Assembly (NCBI GenBank): GCA_040377305.1
Contig: JBEIPA010000027.1
Coordinates: 1 to 64,000 of the forward strand
Direction of reading: 5' to 3'
Length of the DNA: 64,000 nt
From: Flavobacteriales bacterium
GTDB lineage: Bacteria; Bacteroidota; Bacteroidia; Palsa-965
This document shows, in pieces, positions 18,234 to 28,821 of this stretch (its first letter is position 1; every line of letters begins with the position of its first letter). Below the pieces are notes generated by a model. That model made no database searches and was not told where the DNA came from. It worked only from the letters and a program-made list of their open reading frames with translations. The translations under genes were made by a program, and so were the position numbers.

Positions 18234-20441
18234 TTAGTCATTCTTCTCAGAAGGCGCATTCTCCTTTTTCTCAGGACGTGGTCCGCGTGGTCCGCGATCT
18301 TCACGTGGAGGACGCTCTGTATAACCTTCAGGCTTCGGCAAAAGTGCTTTGCGTGAAAGACGGAATTTGCCGGTCTTAGGATCAACCTCGAGCAATTTCA
18401 CTTTCACGATATCACCTTGCTTCAATACACCTTCGAGGGTATCGAGACGCTTGTAGTCTACTTCTGAAATGTGAAGCAGTCCGTCTTTTCCTGGCAGGAA
18501 TTCAACGAATGCACCAAATGCCATGATGCTCTTCACTTTTCCTTCGTACTCAGTTCCAACTTCAGGTACCGCAACAATTCCACGTATGCGTGATACTGCC
18601 TTGTCGATGTCGTCTTTGTTTGCAGAAACGATATCCACGATTCCGAATTCACCTTTCTCTTCGATAACGATGATGGTGTTCGTTTCACGCTGCATCTCCT
18701 GGATGATCTTTCCTCCTGGTCCGATGATCGCACCAATGAACTCGCGCGGGATCGTAAGCTGAACAACACGTGGTGCGTGGTCTTTCAGATCTGCTGCCGG
18801 TTCGCTGATGGTCTTCATCATTTCACCAAGAATATGTGCTCGTCCTTGTTTCGCCTGCTCAAGAGCCTGCGCCATTACTTCGTAAGGAAGTCCGTCTACT
18901 TTCAAATCCATCTGCACAGCAGTGATACCATCACGTGTTCCGCAAACTTTGAAGTCCATGTCACCCAGATGATCTTCATCACCAAGAATGTCTGACAACA
19001 CCGCGTACTTACCGTCTTTGGTAATCAAGCCCATTGCAATTCCTGAAACTGGTTTCTTCATCTTGATACCGGTGTCGAGCAATGCAAGTGTTCCTGCACA
19101 TACTGTTGCCATTGATGATGAACCGTTTGATTCAAGGATATCAGAAACGATACGAATCGTGTAGCTGTTATCGTCTGGCAATTGGTTCTTCAAAGCACGA
19201 AGAGCCAGGTTACCGTGACCAACTTCGCGACGACCAGTTCCGCGCATTGGCTTTGCTTCGCCAGTCGAGAACGGCGGGAAGTTGTAATGCAACAGGAATG
19301 TTGCGTCGCCCTGGATAATCGGTGTGTCGATCATCTGCGCATCACGCTTTGTTCCGAGAGTTACTGTTGTCAACGATTGTGTTTCTCCACGTGTGAAGAT
19401 TGCAGAACCGTGTGCCATTGGAAGGTAATTTACTTCCGACCAGATCGGACGAATCTCGTCAAGCTTACGCCCGTCAAGACGTGTGCGCTTGTCAAGCATC
19501 ATGTTGCGGATTGCGTCCTTCTCAACATCGTGGTAATATACTTTCGCCATTTGCTTATTCGCGTCAGTCTGTTCTTCCACAGGAAGTGAATTCCAGAACT
19601 CTTCGAATACCGCTTTGAAATCTGCTTTACGTTGCGCTTTGTTCGGATTGCCTTTAGAAGCAACTGCGTATACTTTATCGTAAGTAGCCGTTTTCACTTT
19701 CGCGCGAAGCTCTTCGTTATGTGTCTCGTGCGAGTACGTACGCTTCACTTTTGATTTCTCAACCTGTGCAGCGAGTTCGTTGATCGCGTTGATCATAATC
19801 TTGATTCCTTCATGCGCAAACTTAATTGCAGTGAGCATGTCGGCTTCGGATACTTCTTTGAATTCGCCTTCCACCATCATGATGTCTTTCGCATTCGCAG
19901 CAACCATCATGTCAACATCAGACTGAGTCATCTGTTCAACAGTTGGATTGAGAATGAATTTTCCATCAACACGGCCTACGCGAACTTCTGATACAGGTCC
20001 GTTGAACGGAATATCAGACATTGCAATTGCAGCTGATGCCGCGAAACCTGCAAGGCAATCGGGCATAATGGTTTTATCGGAAGAGATCAGGTAAATGAGA
20101 ACCTGTGTATCTGCGTGATAATCGTCTGGGAAAAGTGGACGAAGTGCGCGGTCAACCAAGCGGCTGCTGAGTACTTCGAGGTCAGAAAGTTTTGCTTCAC
20201 GACGGAAGAAACTTCCCGGGATGCGTCCTGTTGATGCGAACATTTCGCGGTAGTCAACAGTGAGTGGCATAAAATCAACTCCAGGTTTTGCATCGGGTGC
20301 AGAAACTGCAGTTGCGAGCAACATCGTGTTGCCCATACGTACTACTACCGAACCATCAGCTTGTTTAGCCAATTTTCCGGTTTCGACTGTGATGGTACGT
20401 CCATCACCAAGGTCGAATGATTTTGAAATTCCTAATTGCAT
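18234..20441 (-). CDS. pnp: Polyribonucleotide nucleotidyltransferase (PNPase)
   Basis: [39 protein letters not shown] and S1 domains; downstream of rpsO. Confidence 0.98.
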   Translation of the reverse strand: MQLGISKSFDLGDGRTITVETGKLAKQADGSVVVRMGNTMLLATAVSAPDAKPGVDFMPLTVDYREMFASTGRIPGSFFRREAKLSDLEVLSSRLVDRALRPLFPDDYHADTQVLIYLISSDKTIMPDCLAGFAASAAIAMSDIPFNGPVSEVRVGRVDGKFILNPTVEQMTQSDVDMMVAANAKDIMMVEGEFKEVSEADMLTAIKFAHEGIKIMINAINELAAQVEKSKVKRTYSHETHNEELRAKVKTATYDKVYAVASKGNPNKAQRKADFKAVFEEFWNSLPVEEQTDANKQMAKVYYHDVEKDAIRNMMLDKRTRLDGRKLDEIRPIWSEVNYLPMAHGSAIFTRGETQSLTTVTLGTKRDAQMIDTPIIQGDATFLLHYNFPPFSTGEAKPMRGTGRREVGHGNLALRALKNQLPDDNSYTIRIVSDILESNGSSSMATVCAGTLALLDTGIKMKKPVSGIAMGLITKDGKYAVLSDILGDEDHLGDMDFKVCGTRDGITAVQMDLKVDGLPYEVMAQALEQAKQGRAHILGEMMKTISEPAADLKDHAPRVVQLTIPREFIGAIIGPGGKIIQEMQRETNTIIVIEEKGEFGIVDIVSANKDDIDKAVSRIRGIVAVPEVGTEYEGKVKSIMAFGAFVEFLPGKDGLLHISEVDYKRLDTLEGVLKQGDIVKVKLLEVDPKTGKFRLSRKALLPKPEGYTERPPREDRGPRGPRPEKKENAPSEKND

Positions 20442-20489
20442 AGTTGTTTTTCTTCTTGTTTACAGCTTGTCAGCGGGTCGCATAAAAAG

Positions 20490-20528
20490 CGAAAAGCATC
20501 CCTGCTGACTTGAAGGGATGCCTTTCGT
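20490..20528 (-). other. rpsO-pnp intergenic hairpin (terminator or processing site)
   Basis: cgaaaagcatccct...agggatgcctttcg stem. Confidence 0.5.
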
Positions 20529-20550
20529 ATTCGAGATTATTTGGAAATCA

Positions 20551-20823
20551 TTATTTACGGATTTCAAGCTTCTTGAGGATCGCGCGGTAACGCTCGATGT
20601 CGTTCTTACGCAGGTAATCCAAAAGTGCTTTACGTTTTCCTACGAGAAGTACGAGTGAACGCTCAGTGCTTTTGTCTTTTGGCTTACGCTTCAAATGCTC
20701 AGTAAGGTGAGAAATGCGGTGCGTGAAAAGTGCAATCTGCCCTTCAGAAGAACCGGTGTCTTTTTCAGATTTACCGTGCTTCTTGAAAAGGTCTTTCTTA
20801 ATTTCCGACGTCAGGTATGACAT
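20551..20823 (-). CDS. rpsO: 30S ribosomal protein S15
   Basis: DTGSSEGQIALFT...LVGKRKALLDYL; TATCTTTG promoter element at 20877-20884. Confidence 0.98.
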   Translation of the reverse strand: MSYLTSEIKKDLFKKHGKSEKDTGSSEGQIALFTHRISHLTEHLKRKPKDKSTERSLVLLVGKRKALLDYLRKNDIERYRAILKKLEIRK

Positions 20824-20982
20824 GCTGTTTGTGGATTAAGATTAATACTTGGTTTTGTCCCGCTAATTCGGGAGGGCAAAGATACTCAATTATCGGTGTG
20901 TCGATATACCTATATGCCGATTTTCCAAGTGAAACTCTGGATTCTGGCATTATTCTGCATAGAATTCTCAGATTAAGGAGAT

Positions 20983-21342
20983 TTATAGACTTGATTGGCG
21001 GTTATGCCAGTCGTAACCGCAGTGGCGGCATTGCTGAGAGTTAGGTGTGCGAGCCAATTTCCCGCACGACGGACAAAGATTGATGATCTCATTTTTGTGC
21101 TGATCGTAAACTCTTTGAGCGATTCGTCGCATTGCAACATCTCCACCCAATGCTACGAGTTCATTCGCTGCCGGATTCGTGAAACCATACATCTTTTCCA
21201 CTTTCCAATCCGCAAGTGCACTTTTTTCACAGGTAACTTTCCCTTCCTCCGTCATGCTAAGCTGCATAAGAGCCTGACGTTCTTCTTTCAGAAAGTATTG
21301 GCGGCAATGACCTATGATGTATTCCTGCAATTCACCGTCCAT
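20983..21342 (-). CDS. Hypothetical protein with C-terminal zinc ribbon
   Basis: CPSCGKLARTPNSQQCRHCGYDWH (two CxxC). Confidence 0.7.
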   Translation of the reverse strand: MDGELQEYIIGHCRQYFLKEERQALMQLSMTEEGKVTCEKSALADWKVEKMYGFTNPAANELVALGGDVAMRRIAQRVYDQHKNEIINLCPSCGKLARTPNSQQCRHCGYDWHNRQSSL

Positions 21343-21415
21343 AACAGAGAAAGTATAGAATTCAATTCAGAAATCCGGGTAATCTCTGCCTAAGCGTGCA
21401 TTAACGGAACTAAAT

Positions 21416-22261
21416 CTAAGACTTGAACATCACGAGCAAGCGGGATACCGTTGCTTTGAGTTCTTTGCGGCTCACAATCGCATCCAGGAATCCGTGATCG
21501 AGTACAAACTCTGCAGTCTGGAATCCTTTCGGAAGGTCTTTTCCGATGGTCTCTTTCACGACACGAGGGCCAGCAAAACCGATGAGCGCACCGGGTTCAG
21601 CAATGTTCAGATCGCCGAGCATTGCGTACGATGCAGTTACCCCACCTGTGGTTGGATCAGTGAGCAACGAGATGAATGGAATTCCTGCTTCATCGAGTTG
21701 TGCAAGACGCGCAGAAGTTTTGGCCATCTGCATCAATGAATGTGCAGCTTCCATCATTCGTGCACCGCCCGATTTCGAAATGATCATCAACGGGATTCTG
21801 TGCTCGAGTGAATATTTCGTAGCACGCGCAATTTTTTCTCCGACAACAGATCCCATTGATCCACCGATGAACGTAAAGTCCATACAGGCTACAACAAGAT
21901 CATTGCCGTTACATTTTCCGTGTGCAGAACGAAGCGCATCTTTCAATCCTGTCTTCTTCTGGGAATCAATCAGACGAGCAGGATATTTTTTTGTGTCTTC
22001 GAATGTCAACGGATCGCCTGAAGTCAGATTTGCATCGAGTTCAGTGAATTGATTATCATCAAACAGAACAGAGAAATATTCTTCAGAACCAATACGATCG
22101 TGGTACTCACAATTCGGACAAGTCCAAACGTTCGCTGCCCAGTCGTTGGTGGTAAATACCTTCTTGCACTCATCACATTTATGCCACAAACCTTCAGGAG
22201 TTTCTTTCTTCTCCTTCGTGCTTGTAGTAATGCCTTCTTTAATCCTCTTGAACCAACTCAT
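21416..22261 (-). CDS. accD: Acetyl-CoA carboxylase carboxyltransferase beta subunit
   Basis: GLWHKC..C zinc finger, [35 protein letters not shown]. Confidence 0.97.
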   Translation of the reverse strand: MSWFKRIKEGITTSTKEKKETPEGLWHKCDECKKVFTTNDWAANVWTCPNCEYHDRIGSEEYFSVLFDDNQFTELDANLTSGDPLTFEDTKKYPARLIDSQKKTGLKDALRSAHGKCNGNDLVVACMDFTFIGGSMGSVVGEKIARATKYSLEHRIPLMIISKSGGARMMEAAHSLMQMAKTSARLAQLDEAGIPFISLLTDPTTGGVTASYAMLGDLNIAEPGALIGFAGPRVVKETIGKDLPKGFQTAEFVLDHGFLDAIVSRKELKATVSRLLVMFKS

Positions 22262-22301
22262 TGATCTGGTTTATTCGTTCAATAACTCTGTGACGATTCG
22301 C

Positions 22302-23369
22302 TTACGCGATAGTTACAGCTTTGTCGAGGTATACGTCCTGAATTGAATTCAACAACGCCACACCTGTCTTCATGTCTTTCTGGAACGCTTTACGCCCTGA
22401 AATCAATCCTTGTCCGCCTCCGCGTTTGTTGATCACTGCAGTGGTTACTGCTTCTGCCAAATCTGTTGCGCCTTTTGATTCGCCACCAGAGTTGATGAGT
22501 CCATTACGACCCATATAACATGTTGCAACCTGATAACGACACAAATCAATCGGGTTGTCGGAACTCAAATCCGAATAAACTTTCGGGTTCGTTTTTCCGT
22601 GACCTGTTGCGTTGTATCCGCCGTTATTCGTTGGCAATTTCTGTTTAATGATGTCTGCCTGAATAGTCACACCTAAGTGGTTTGCTTGACCGGTCAAATC
22701 AGCTGAAGCATGATAATCTATTCCGCCAACTTTGAATCCAGGATTACGCAGGTAGCACCACAAAACGGTTGCCATTCCAAGTTCATGCGCGCGCTCGAAA
22801 GCTTGCGACACTTCAACAATCTGACGCGCCGATTCTTCAGAACCGAAATAGATTGTAGCACCTACTGCAACTGCACCAAGGTTCCATGCTTCGTCTACTG
22901 AACCAAACATGTTTTGGTCGTATTTATTCGGCATGGACAAAAATTCATTGTGATTGATTTTTACAATGAATGGAATTTTGTGCGCGTATTTTCTTGAAAC
23001 CGATCCTAGCACACCGAAAGTTGTTGCAACAGCATTGCATCCGCCTTCAACGGCAAGCTTCACGATGTTTTCACCGTCGAAGTAAATCGGATTTGGCGCG
23101 AATGAAGCACCCGCTGAATGTTCGATTCCCTGGTCAACAGGAAGGATCGACATGTAGCCTGTATTTGCGAGCCGACCGTGTCCGTAAAGTGCCTGAAGGC
23201 TACGGAGTACTTGCGGACTGCGGTTTGAGTTTCCGAAGCAACGATCTACGAAATCGGCACCGGGAAGGTGAATTTGTTCTTTGGTGATGGTTTTGCAGGT
23301 ATGATTCAGGAGTGAATCGGCCTGGTTTCCAAGAAGTTCGCTTATTTTATCGAGCGCCATAACTGACAT
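22302..23369 (-). CDS. fbaB: Class I fructose-bisphosphate aldolase
   Basis: [41 protein letters not shown]. Confidence 0.95.
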   Translation of the reverse strand: MSVMALDKISELLGNQADSLLNHTCKTITKEQIHLPGADFVDRCFGNSNRSPQVLRSLQALYGHGRLANTGYMSILPVDQGIEHSAGASFAPNPIYFDGENIVKLAVEGGCNAVATTFGVLGSVSRKYAHKIPFIVKINHNEFLSMPNKYDQNMFGSVDEAWNLGAVAVGATIYFGSEESARQIVEVSQAFERAHELGMATVLWCYLRNPGFKVGGIDYHASADLTGQANHLGVTIQADIIKQKLPTNNGGYNATGHGKTNPKVYSDLSSDNPIDLCRYQVATCYMGRNGLINSGGESKGATDLAEAVTTAVINKRGGGQGLISGRKAFQKDMKTGVALLNSIQDVYLDKAVTIA

Positions 23370-23411
23370 AGTATGGAATTGAGTTTAAAATGGACGGCAA
23401 AGCTAACAAAT

Positions 23412-23550
23412 AGTCGGGAGACGACAGACGGGAGACGGGAGTAGATTGAGGATCAATCCATTAAAAGTGACAACTTTACAACGAGCAAGGTGAGAAACGA
23501 AAAAATAACAACGATTGTACTCCCGTCTCCTGACTCCCGCCTGTCGTCTC
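23412..23550. repeat. Intergenic element bracketed by inverted heptamer-like (GGGAGAC/GGGAGTC) repeats
   Basis: Left arm agtcgggagacgacagacgggagacgggagta; right arm tactcccgtctcctgactcccgcctgtcgtctc. Confidence 0.7.
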
Positions 23551-26179
23551 AGAAAGGATAGCCGATACCAAAATTCAAATTACTCGGCATTGGCCCATCA
23601 CCAAACTGCCACCACCGATCGCCAAACGGTTTTGCCGGATCGCGCATCTTGAATCCCCAATCGAGTCGGACGATGAAAAAGCTGAGATCGTATCGCAAAC
23701 CGAACCCGGGTCCGAATGCCAGGTCTTTATAGAACGAGTTGAATCTGAATTTCGCATCTTCCTCTGCCTGATACGCATTAGGCAGCAGCCAGATGTTTCC
23801 ACCATCAGCGAACAATGCACCGAACAACGATTTTGTAATCCGGAAACGCAATTCAACGTTGTACTCAATCTGCACCTCGCCGAATTGTGCAAACTGTTCT
23901 TCAGCGCCAACGTTGCGTGAACCGGGTCCAAGACTTCTCGCCTCCCATGCACGGATTCCGTTTGCACCGCCACCATAAAATGACTTCTCCAACGGCAACG
24001 TGCGGAAATTTTTCTGAGGTAATCCGGTACCGAGTGCAAGTCGTGCAACAAACATCTGGTGATCGCCAAAGTCTTTGTAAGCGCGCATGTCTACGAAGAA
24101 ACGCAGGTAGTGCGAGAACGGAATTCCTGCAATCTGGTAAGAACCGAATGTGTCTTTGGGCGCATCTAACGCTTTCATGATCTGGTAGGTTCCGAATCCC
24201 GACATTTCAGCATCAAATTTCAGATAGGGTTTCCACTGCTGCTTTTCCGTCTTCTTGTTATTCGCAGACTGATTGTGGATGAAACTAATCCGAAGATCAT
24301 TGATCAGGTGATCCGTGAAACGATAGCGTAAGAGAATATCACCATTCGCCAATAGGTTCTCCAGTCCTTCACGTGGATTCACTCCAACGACGTTCAGTTC
24401 TATCGGATAGATTCCGATGCGCGTCCAATCTCCGCGTTTGAACTGATAGCCATAAGAAAGATTGAGAAGTGCGCGATCAAAGTCAACACGTCGCTGGTAA
24501 TTGAACGAAGTCGAGAAAATTGTTCTTCGTCCTTCTGCTCGATTTATTTTCAGAAGTGAGAATGGAAAATACGCACGTGGAATGTTCAGCGAAAGTTCAG
24601 CGCCGAACTCAATCGTGTTGAAGGTGATCTGGTCGCCCGCAGTGCTTTGTGTAGTTTGTGCGAGTGGTTGTTGTGCTTCTGTTCCGCCCTTTACTCTGAA
24701 TTCGAGAAGCTCCGCTCCGCGATCTAAGTTGTTGTTCTGATAAGCAAAACTTCCTCCAATACCGAGATAACCGCCGGTGTTTGTTCCTTCGACCTGCGCG
24801 GTGAAGTTTTGTTTCGGAATTGCGAACAGGAGAATCTCCACATCGAGATCGTTGCCTTCTGCAGTGGTCGGCTCAATTACAACCTGACGGAATACACGCA
24901 AGCTGGTAATCTGGTTGTAGGTCTGATCAAATTTTTCCTGGCGATACAAAGAATCATCGCGGAAGAAAATACGTTCTGTAAAAACTTTCGGACGGAAGCG
25001 TAATTCCGATTCACGTTCTGTATTACGTAAGAAAGCAATTCCTTCCTGCATCAGCGTATCATATTTCACTTCATCATTCTTCAGCTGTTTTGCGTCGTAA
25101 ATAGTTTTTACAGTGATGTTGCGCACGTAATATTTTTTGTGTGCAATTTCTGTGAACTCAGAATCGTTAATCGCCTGACGGTTTTTACGAATCGTGATCG
25201 TCACATTTACATCGTGATTGCCAACCGTACTATCGGCCTTGAAGATTACGTTGTCTCGCGTGAATGTAAAATATCCTCTGTTGCGGCCGGCATTCACAAT
25301 ACGATCGCGTTCTGCTTCAAACACATCCAGATCGTAATTTTCTCCGCTCTGTATCAGGCATCCAACGGAGTCGGCGAAGATGTCATCAGTCATCACCGAA
25401 TCACTTACATTCCATTTTATATTGCGTATGGTATAAACGTGAGCAGGAGTTGCGATGTAATACACGATCACTTTTTTCTTCGGCTTTCCGAAAATGTTCA
25501 GTGAGTCCGGAGATTTTTTCAGAATGTGATTCTTAAACAAGGATGGATATCCAATACTATCGTAGACGTCGCTCCGGAAATATCCTTTATTGTCGAGATA
25601 TTTTTCCAGCTGCTGCGTTGAGCGATTCATAATGGATGTATCGAGTAACACAGGCGGTTCTCCAATGTTCAGTAGGATCTCGCCCATCAGCTTGCGGCGG
25701 TCCTTGCGCGGCTTCTTTCGCAGTGCATTCCGTCTTTTAAAGCGCGCGTCGGCCGAATCCTGTTTCTCCTTGAGACGTGTGGAGTCTACGAAGTTGTGCA
25801 GCGTCAGGTACAGCGGATAACCAGCCCCTGTTTTGTAGGTGCGTTTTTCAACACGTTGCCATTTACCTTTTACTTTAATGGTATCACCTACTGAATCGAT
25901 TTTGTACGGGACTTTATGCCAGCGGAAAATACTTTTAGGATTCAGACCAAACAATTTTCGGTTAGGTTTCTGTTTAACGTAGCTGAACATATCCGACTGG
26001 TTGATGTCATCACCGTATGCCTCCGCAGAATCTTTTATGGTGTTCACCTTATTCACGATGAACACCTTCTTCACCATTTTCTGCCCTGCCGGAACCCGTC
26101 GCGCTGTACAGCTTGCAAGTACCAGCAAAAGGGTGCCGATAAGCAGTGCAAAAAAATGCGATTGGGTATTACGAATCAC
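23549..26179 (-). CDS. BamA/TamA (Omp85) family outer-membrane lipoprotein, TamL-like
   Basis: Lipobox LASC; POTRA motif YLDNKGYF; FYGGGANGIRAW, FADGGNIW, RLDWG; C-terminal FGIGYPF. Confidence 0.88.
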   Translation of the reverse strand: MIRNTQSHFFALLIGTLLLVLASCTARRVPAGQKMVKKVFIVNKVNTIKDSAEAYGDDINQSDMFSYVKQKPNRKLFGLNPKSIFRWHKVPYKIDSVGDTIKVKGKWQRVEKRTYKTGAGYPLYLTLHNFVDSTRLKEKQDSADARFKRRNALRKKPRKDRRKLMGEILLNIGEPPVLLDTSIMNRSTQQLEKYLDNKGYFRSDVYDSIGYPSLFKNHILKKSPDSLNIFGKPKKKVIVYYIATPAHVYTIRNIKWNVSDSVMTDDIFADSVGCLIQSGENYDLDVFEAERDRIVNAGRNRGYFTFTRDNVIFKADSTVGNHDVNVTITIRKNRQAINDSEFTEIAHKKYYVRNITVKTIYDAKQLKNDEVKYDTLMQEGIAFLRNTERESELRFRPKVFTERIFFRDDSLYRQEKFDQTYNQITSLRVFRQVVIEPTTAEGNDLDVEILLFAIPKQNFTAQVEGTNTGGYLGIGGSFAYQNNNLDRGAELLEFRVKGGTEAQQPLAQTTQSTAGDQITFNTIEFGAELSLNIPRAYFPFSLLKINRAEGRRTIFSTSFNYQRRVDFDRALLNLSYGYQFKRGDWTRIGIYPIELNVVGVNPREGLENLLANGDILLRYRFTDHLINDLRISFIHNQSANNKKTEKQQWKPYLKFDAEMSGFGTYQIMKALDAPKDTFGSYQIAGIPFSHYLRFFVDMRAYKDFGDHQMFVARLALGTGLPQKNFRTLPLEKSFYGGGANGIRAWEARSLGPGSRNVGAEEQFAQFGEVQIEYNVELRFRITKSLFGALFADGGNIWLLPNAYQAEEDAKFRFNSFYKDLAFGPGFGLRYDLSFFIVRLDWGFKMRDPAKPFGDRWWQFGDGPMPSNLNFGIGYPF

Positions 26180-26236
26180 GAAGTGTTTCTTTAAAGAAGC
26201 CGTAAGTTTGCAAATATAATGCCCTGAGCACCCATT

Positions 26237-26992
26237 ATGCTTTCGAACAACAGGATTTCATTCGTTAAGTCGCTTCAGCAAAAGAAATACAGAGCTGAAG
26301 AAGGATTGTTCGTTGCGGAAGGCGACAAGCTGGTGCGTGAATACCTACAGTCTGGGTTCGAAGTTGATTCGGTTTATGCAAGTACAGATTGGCTGCAACG
26401 TAACGGAACTTTAATCAAACAGCCCACCGAATCGGCAGGGGTTGCAGAAAAGGATCTTACCCGTATGTCCTCTCTGGTGAACGCTTCCGAAGTGCTCGCT
26501 GTGGTGAAAATTCCTCAATACAACATTGAGACGACTGATCTGGAGAAAGGTTTGGTGTTGGTTCTTGATGGAATCCGTGATCCGGGCAATCTGGGAACGA
26601 TCATTCGTACAGCAGATTGGTTCGGCGTTCAGCATATCCTGGCATCGGAAGACACTGCAGAACATTGGAATCCCAAAGTGGTGCAAGCTTCCATGGGATC
26701 TTTGACGCGAGTGAAAATCGTAAACCGCAATCTCGAGGAATTTTTCACAGAGCTTAAGAGTGAAAATGTGTTCGGAACTTTCATGGATGGGGAGAACGTT
26801 TACACGTCGGAGCTTCCGAAAAATGGACTCATTGTCATTGGCAACGAAGCAAACGGAATTCGCGACGCAACTGAAAAATTCATTTCCAGAAAGCTCACAA
26901 TTCCATCCTTCAGTCTCGGTTCTCACAAAGCAGAATCGTTGAACGCTGCAATTGCAACAGCACTTGTCCTGGCCGAGTTTCGCCGGCGGTAA
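26237..26992 (+). CDS. TrmH/SpoU family RNA methyltransferase
   Basis: LDGIRDPGNLGTIIRT, IGNEANGI, ESLNAAIA. Confidence 0.93.
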   Translation: MLSNNRISFVKSLQQKKYRAEEGLFVAEGDKLVREYLQSGFEVDSVYASTDWLQRNGTLIKQPTESAGVAEKDLTRMSSLVNASEVLAVVKIPQYNIETTDLEKGLVLVLDGIRDPGNLGTIIRTADWFGVQHILASEDTAEHWNPKVVQASMGSLTRVKIVNRNLEEFFTELKSENVFGTFMDGENVYTSELPKNGLIVIGNEANGIRDATEKFISRKLTIPSFSLGSHKAESLNAAIATALVLAEFRRR

Positions 26993-27142
26993 CGGATTTA
27001 GGTTCTCTGTAAATCAGTGTTTTACGACTATATTTACGATTCGGTTTAAACTAAAGACGGTTGCGAGTGGTCATAGAACTGAACCGCGGGAAGTACTTCG
27101 GAAAAAAACGTAAATAGAACGCACTCACATAAACTCAATACG

Positions 27143-27997
27143 ATGAAGAATACAGGATTTTTATTCGGATCACTCACAATTCTTGCTGTTGCATCGCTAA
27201 CATTCACTGGATGTCGCCGCGATGAAGAAGATGCAGATACAAGTGCTGCATCAGACAACGCGCTGGCAGAAGCAATCTTTAGCGATGTGACAAATATTTC
27301 TGACGAAGCTGGCCGCACCGGCGGACTTACGAACTACCGCATCGGTGATCCTGCAAACGGCGGTGTTCTGTCAACCTGCGCTACCGTTTCCGTGAATGCA
27401 ATTAACACAGCCGATCAGGACACGATTACTGTTGACTTCGGTTCTGTGAATTGCACGTGCAATGATGGACGCAATCGTCGCGGCCAGGTCATTGTTTACT
27501 ACACAGGAAATTACATTGACTCTGCGTCAACACATACGATAACGTTCAACAATTACTATGTGAACGATCACCAGGTGCTTGGAACAAAAACAGTAACTAA
27601 TCTTGGTCACAACGCGGCTGGTAATCTCGTTTATGACATCGATGTGAACGGTACAATTCATCTCGCGAGTAACGCAGGTACAATCAATTGGATTTCTGAT
27701 CGCCAGCGCGAATGGACAGCGGGCGAGAATACGCCTGCAATGTGGTCTGATGATCTGTATTCAATCACTGGAACTGCTAGCGGAACAAGTGCAGCAGGAG
27801 AAAATTTTACTGTCACGATCACATCTCCACTCATTCGTAACATGGCCATTGGCTGTCGCCGCCACTTCACACAAGGAACAGTTGAAGTAACTCCGGGAAC
27901 TCGTCCGGTACGCAGCATAGATTTTGGTTCAGGTGCTTGCGATGATGTTGCTATCGTTACAATCAACAACCGCACTTACACGATTCACTTGCGTTAG
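27143..27997 (+). CDS. Hypothetical lipoprotein
   Basis: Lipobox FTGC; ITVDFG..CTCNDGRNRRG and IDFGSGACD motifs typical of Bacteroidota lipoproteins. Confidence 0.75.
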   Translation: MKNTGFLFGSLTILAVASLTFTGCRRDEEDADTSAASDNALAEAIFSDVTNISDEAGRTGGLTNYRIGDPANGGVLSTCATVSVNAINTADQDTITVDFGSVNCTCNDGRNRRGQVIVYYTGNYIDSASTHTITFNNYYVNDHQVLGTKTVTNLGHNAAGNLVYDIDVNGTIHLASNAGTINWISDRQREWTAGENTPAMWSDDLYSITGTASGTSAAGENFTVTITSPLIRNMAIGCRRHFTQGTVEVTPGTRPVRSIDFGSGACDDVAIVTINNRTYTIHLR

Positions 27998-28034
27998 TCC
28001 AGCGAATATGGTCTGGACATCAACTAAGAATTGC

Positions 28035-28089
28035 ATCACGAAAAATCCCGGTCACGTCAAGAAGTTGACAGACCGGGATTTTTTGTGAT
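28035..28089. terminator. Bidirectional terminator
   Basis: aaaaatcccggtc...gaccgggattttt between convergent genes. Confidence 0.8.
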
Positions 28090-28110
28090 CAATACTTTTG
28101 ACTTCCCTGC

Positions 28111-28518
28111 TTACTTTTCCTTCTTAGCCTGCTTCTCTTTCATCAACTGAATAATTTCCTTGAGGTAATTATTCTCTTGCTTCAACGATTCGTGCTCTTT
28201 CTTCAAACGATCAAGTTCACGCTGAAGATCCAATGCCGTAAGTACTTTCTCTTTTCCGTATGTCGGACGATCTTCATTTACGTACAGCGCTCCCGAGCCA
28301 TAGTATTGAAAAAAATCAAAGTTCAGAACGCTGCCAATGTGTTTCAGCAACTCTGTGTCGATCGATTTCCGCTTGAAGATTCCGTAAATGTTTTGAGGTG
28401 AAGTATCGAGGCGACGGGCGAATTCGCTTTTCGTCATTCCAAGTTCTTCGAGATGTTTTCTCACCAGCTTCCCAATGTGGAGTGCTGCAACTGCTTTACT
28501 GTTTTTCTCTGCTTTCAT
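28111..28518 (-). CDS. XRE-type helix-turn-helix regulator with C-terminal coiled coil
   Basis: HIGKLVR...GMTKSEFARRLDTSPQNIYGIFKRKSIDTELL; coiled coil LQRELDRLKKEHESLKQENNYLK. Confidence 0.85.
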   Translation of the reverse strand: MKAEKNSKAVAALHIGKLVRKHLEELGMTKSEFARRLDTSPQNIYGIFKRKSIDTELLKHIGSVLNFDFFQYYGSGALYVNEDRPTYGKEKVLTALDLQRELDRLKKEHESLKQENNYLKEIIQLMKEKQAKKEK

Positions 28519-28821
28519 AACATGTTTCTATGCGCGCACGTGTACGCCAATACACTCGCACGCGGTGTGAATACCGGGGTTTATTCCTTGACTAAATAGT
28601 GGCTGTCTTACGAACGAAGTGAGAGAACAAGGTGCAATTAGTACAACTTGTTTTTGAACTCATCACAAAACAGCATCTTGCATACACTTCAGAGGGGGCG
28701 ATGCTGCTTCCGTAGGACTAAACAAAAGTATCAAAATTCCTCATCTTTTTGTTAAAGGAAGGAAAAAGAGATATCATACGCTCGGAATTCCGGCGGAGAC
28801 TAATGCCTAAATGTCTTATAA

